A stretch of DNA of 61,874 nucleotides, filler included, from Diploschistes diacapsis (lineage: Eukaryota), in assembly GCA_023645945.1 (NCBI GenBank). It is 13 parts of 13 records of this genome, joined end to end, with 100 filler letters (N's around TTAATTAATTAA, not from the genome) between each part and the next. Parts side by side here need not be neighbours in the genome. Positions count along the whole stretch, not along the records: positions 58,976 to 61,874 come from JALAIB010002050.1; 12 more parts are not named here. One strand, given 5' to 3'. Both the position numbers and the translations under genes were made by a program. Positions 60,638 to 61,874 of this stretch are shown piece after piece (the first letter of the stretch is position 1; each line of letters starts with the position of its first letter). The notes below the pieces were generated by a model. It was not told the DNA's origin. It saw only the letters and a list, made by a program, of their open reading frames with translations, and ran no database searches.

Positions 60638-60909
60638 AAAGATCGTTTTATATTTAACATAAACGAAGTTTTTAAAATAATAACTCGGACTAAATCGAAT
60701 CGAATAATTTCGAAACGACCTATAACGCGTAAAAAACGTCTTCGCATTTCTAAAATCAAAAAGGATAAAAAGGAAAAAGATAAATTCGATTTAAATCGAT
60801 TAGATTCTAATTACGACGAATAGATTATATCTAAAAACCGTAGAATGTTGGCGGTAGTGATTTGAGGTGGCTGGACTCTGGGGGTGGCCGGACTCACCGT
60901 CAAACACGT
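60638..60909. mobile_element. Fot1-like element end (ACGTGTTTGACGG family), reverse orientation
   Basis: ...GGGGGTGGCCGGACTCACCGTCAAACACGT|TA. Confidence 0.8.
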
Positions 60910-61478
60910 TACCTTAATGTTTCGTAGAATCCATTCAGTTCTTTTATTAAAAAATATCAATCTATTTTTCTTCGGATTAAGCTATATTTAACATTTCTAA
61001 AAAAACATGTTTCCTAGTAAAATTAATATATATCTAAACGTCGTTAAATAATCGATTAACCCTTAAAACGTCGTCCTTAGATCTAAATATTCGCTATCAT
61101 TCTTTTCGAGATATTTTATCCGCGCTTATCTTGGAATTCTCGTGTCCGGATATTTCTAAATAAGTCCATTATATTAATACCGAGAAATTTCGCGATATAT
61201 CGGCCATACGATTCGTTTATTATATCATATACGTTTATTCTAAAGTTATACATACTTTTATTAATTATAGCTATTTCATTTTTCATAATATAACATAGGG
61301 TTATCAAATATTTTCTTTCTATCATATTATTCATCCGGAACTGTCCTATTGTAACAAACATATCTCTTTATAAACCTTAAGAAGAGTCTTTTCCTAAATT
61401 TACTCTTTTTCCGAATCCGAATCTTTCACGTGGGCGACGTTCGCAGAAATTTCTTTCTAAAGGTAGTCTCTAGCCATA

Positions 61479-61584
61479 ACGTGTTTGACGGTAAGTCCGG
61501 CCACCCCCAGAGTCCGGTTACCTCAAATCACTACCGCCAACATTTTACGGTTTTTAAATACAACCTATTCGTCGTAATCAGAAT
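61479..61584. mobile_element. Fot1-like element end (ACGTGTTTGACGG family), interrupted by the hAT-like element
   Basis: TA|ACGTGTTTGACGGTAAGTCCGGCCACCCCCAGAG. Confidence 0.8.
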
Positions 61585-61874
61585 TAGGCTGGCCGTTTCG
61601 TGCCACGGTCACTGACACGGACACTGCAGTAAAAATTTTTAAAACACGGATACTGACACGGACACGATAATTAAAATTTTAAAACATAGATACTGATACG
61701 GACATTACCTTTCCGTAAATTTACGGATACGGACACCGCAATTAAAAAATTTAAAATACGGATACTGACACGGACATTATAATTAAAAAATTTAAAACAC
61801 GGACACTGACACGGATATTATATTTCCGTGAATCCACTGACACGGACACTACACTGCAGTAAAAGCACGGAAAC
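61585..61874. mobile_element. hAT-like element end with ACACGG subterminal repeats
   Basis: TAGGCTGGCCGT...GCCACGGTCACTGACACGGACAC, as at 46151. Confidence 0.75.

Overview
Fungal (Pezizomycotina-type ascomycete) nuclear DNA. It is not a contiguous locus: 13 contigs are joined by 12 artificial 100-bp linkers (N44-TTAATTAATTAA-N44). One gene-dense 25.7-kb contig (3043-28710) carries MRPL3, a complex I accessory subunit, a CLASP/Stu1-like gene, a BSP-domain protein, a conserved membrane protein, a GNAT acetyltransferase, YVC1, TEP1/PTEN, SUI2, SPF1 and a partial GLTP/HET-C2. Among these housekeeping genes sits an intact, intronless 789-aa homolog of the Spok meiotic-drive toxin-antidote proteins (coiled-coil repeats, PD-(D/E)xK nuclease, Cys cluster, kinase), with a Fot1/pogo-type MITE 73 bp upstream of its ATG. 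The CLASP-like gene is also unusual: a predicted hydrophobic N-terminus followed by tandemly duplicated exon+intron units (five symmetric micro-exons, all introns phase 0). The other twelve contigs are about 2.9 kb each. Some hold genes or gene fragments (two GFA/Mss4 proteins, SUZ protein, MOSC protein, TOM40). The rest are AT-rich, RIP-degraded nests of transposons (chromovirus Gypsy with an antisense accessory ORF, Copia, Fot1/pogo, Tc1/impala-like, hAT-like and an unclassified element). All calls come from motif recognition by eye; no searches were run.
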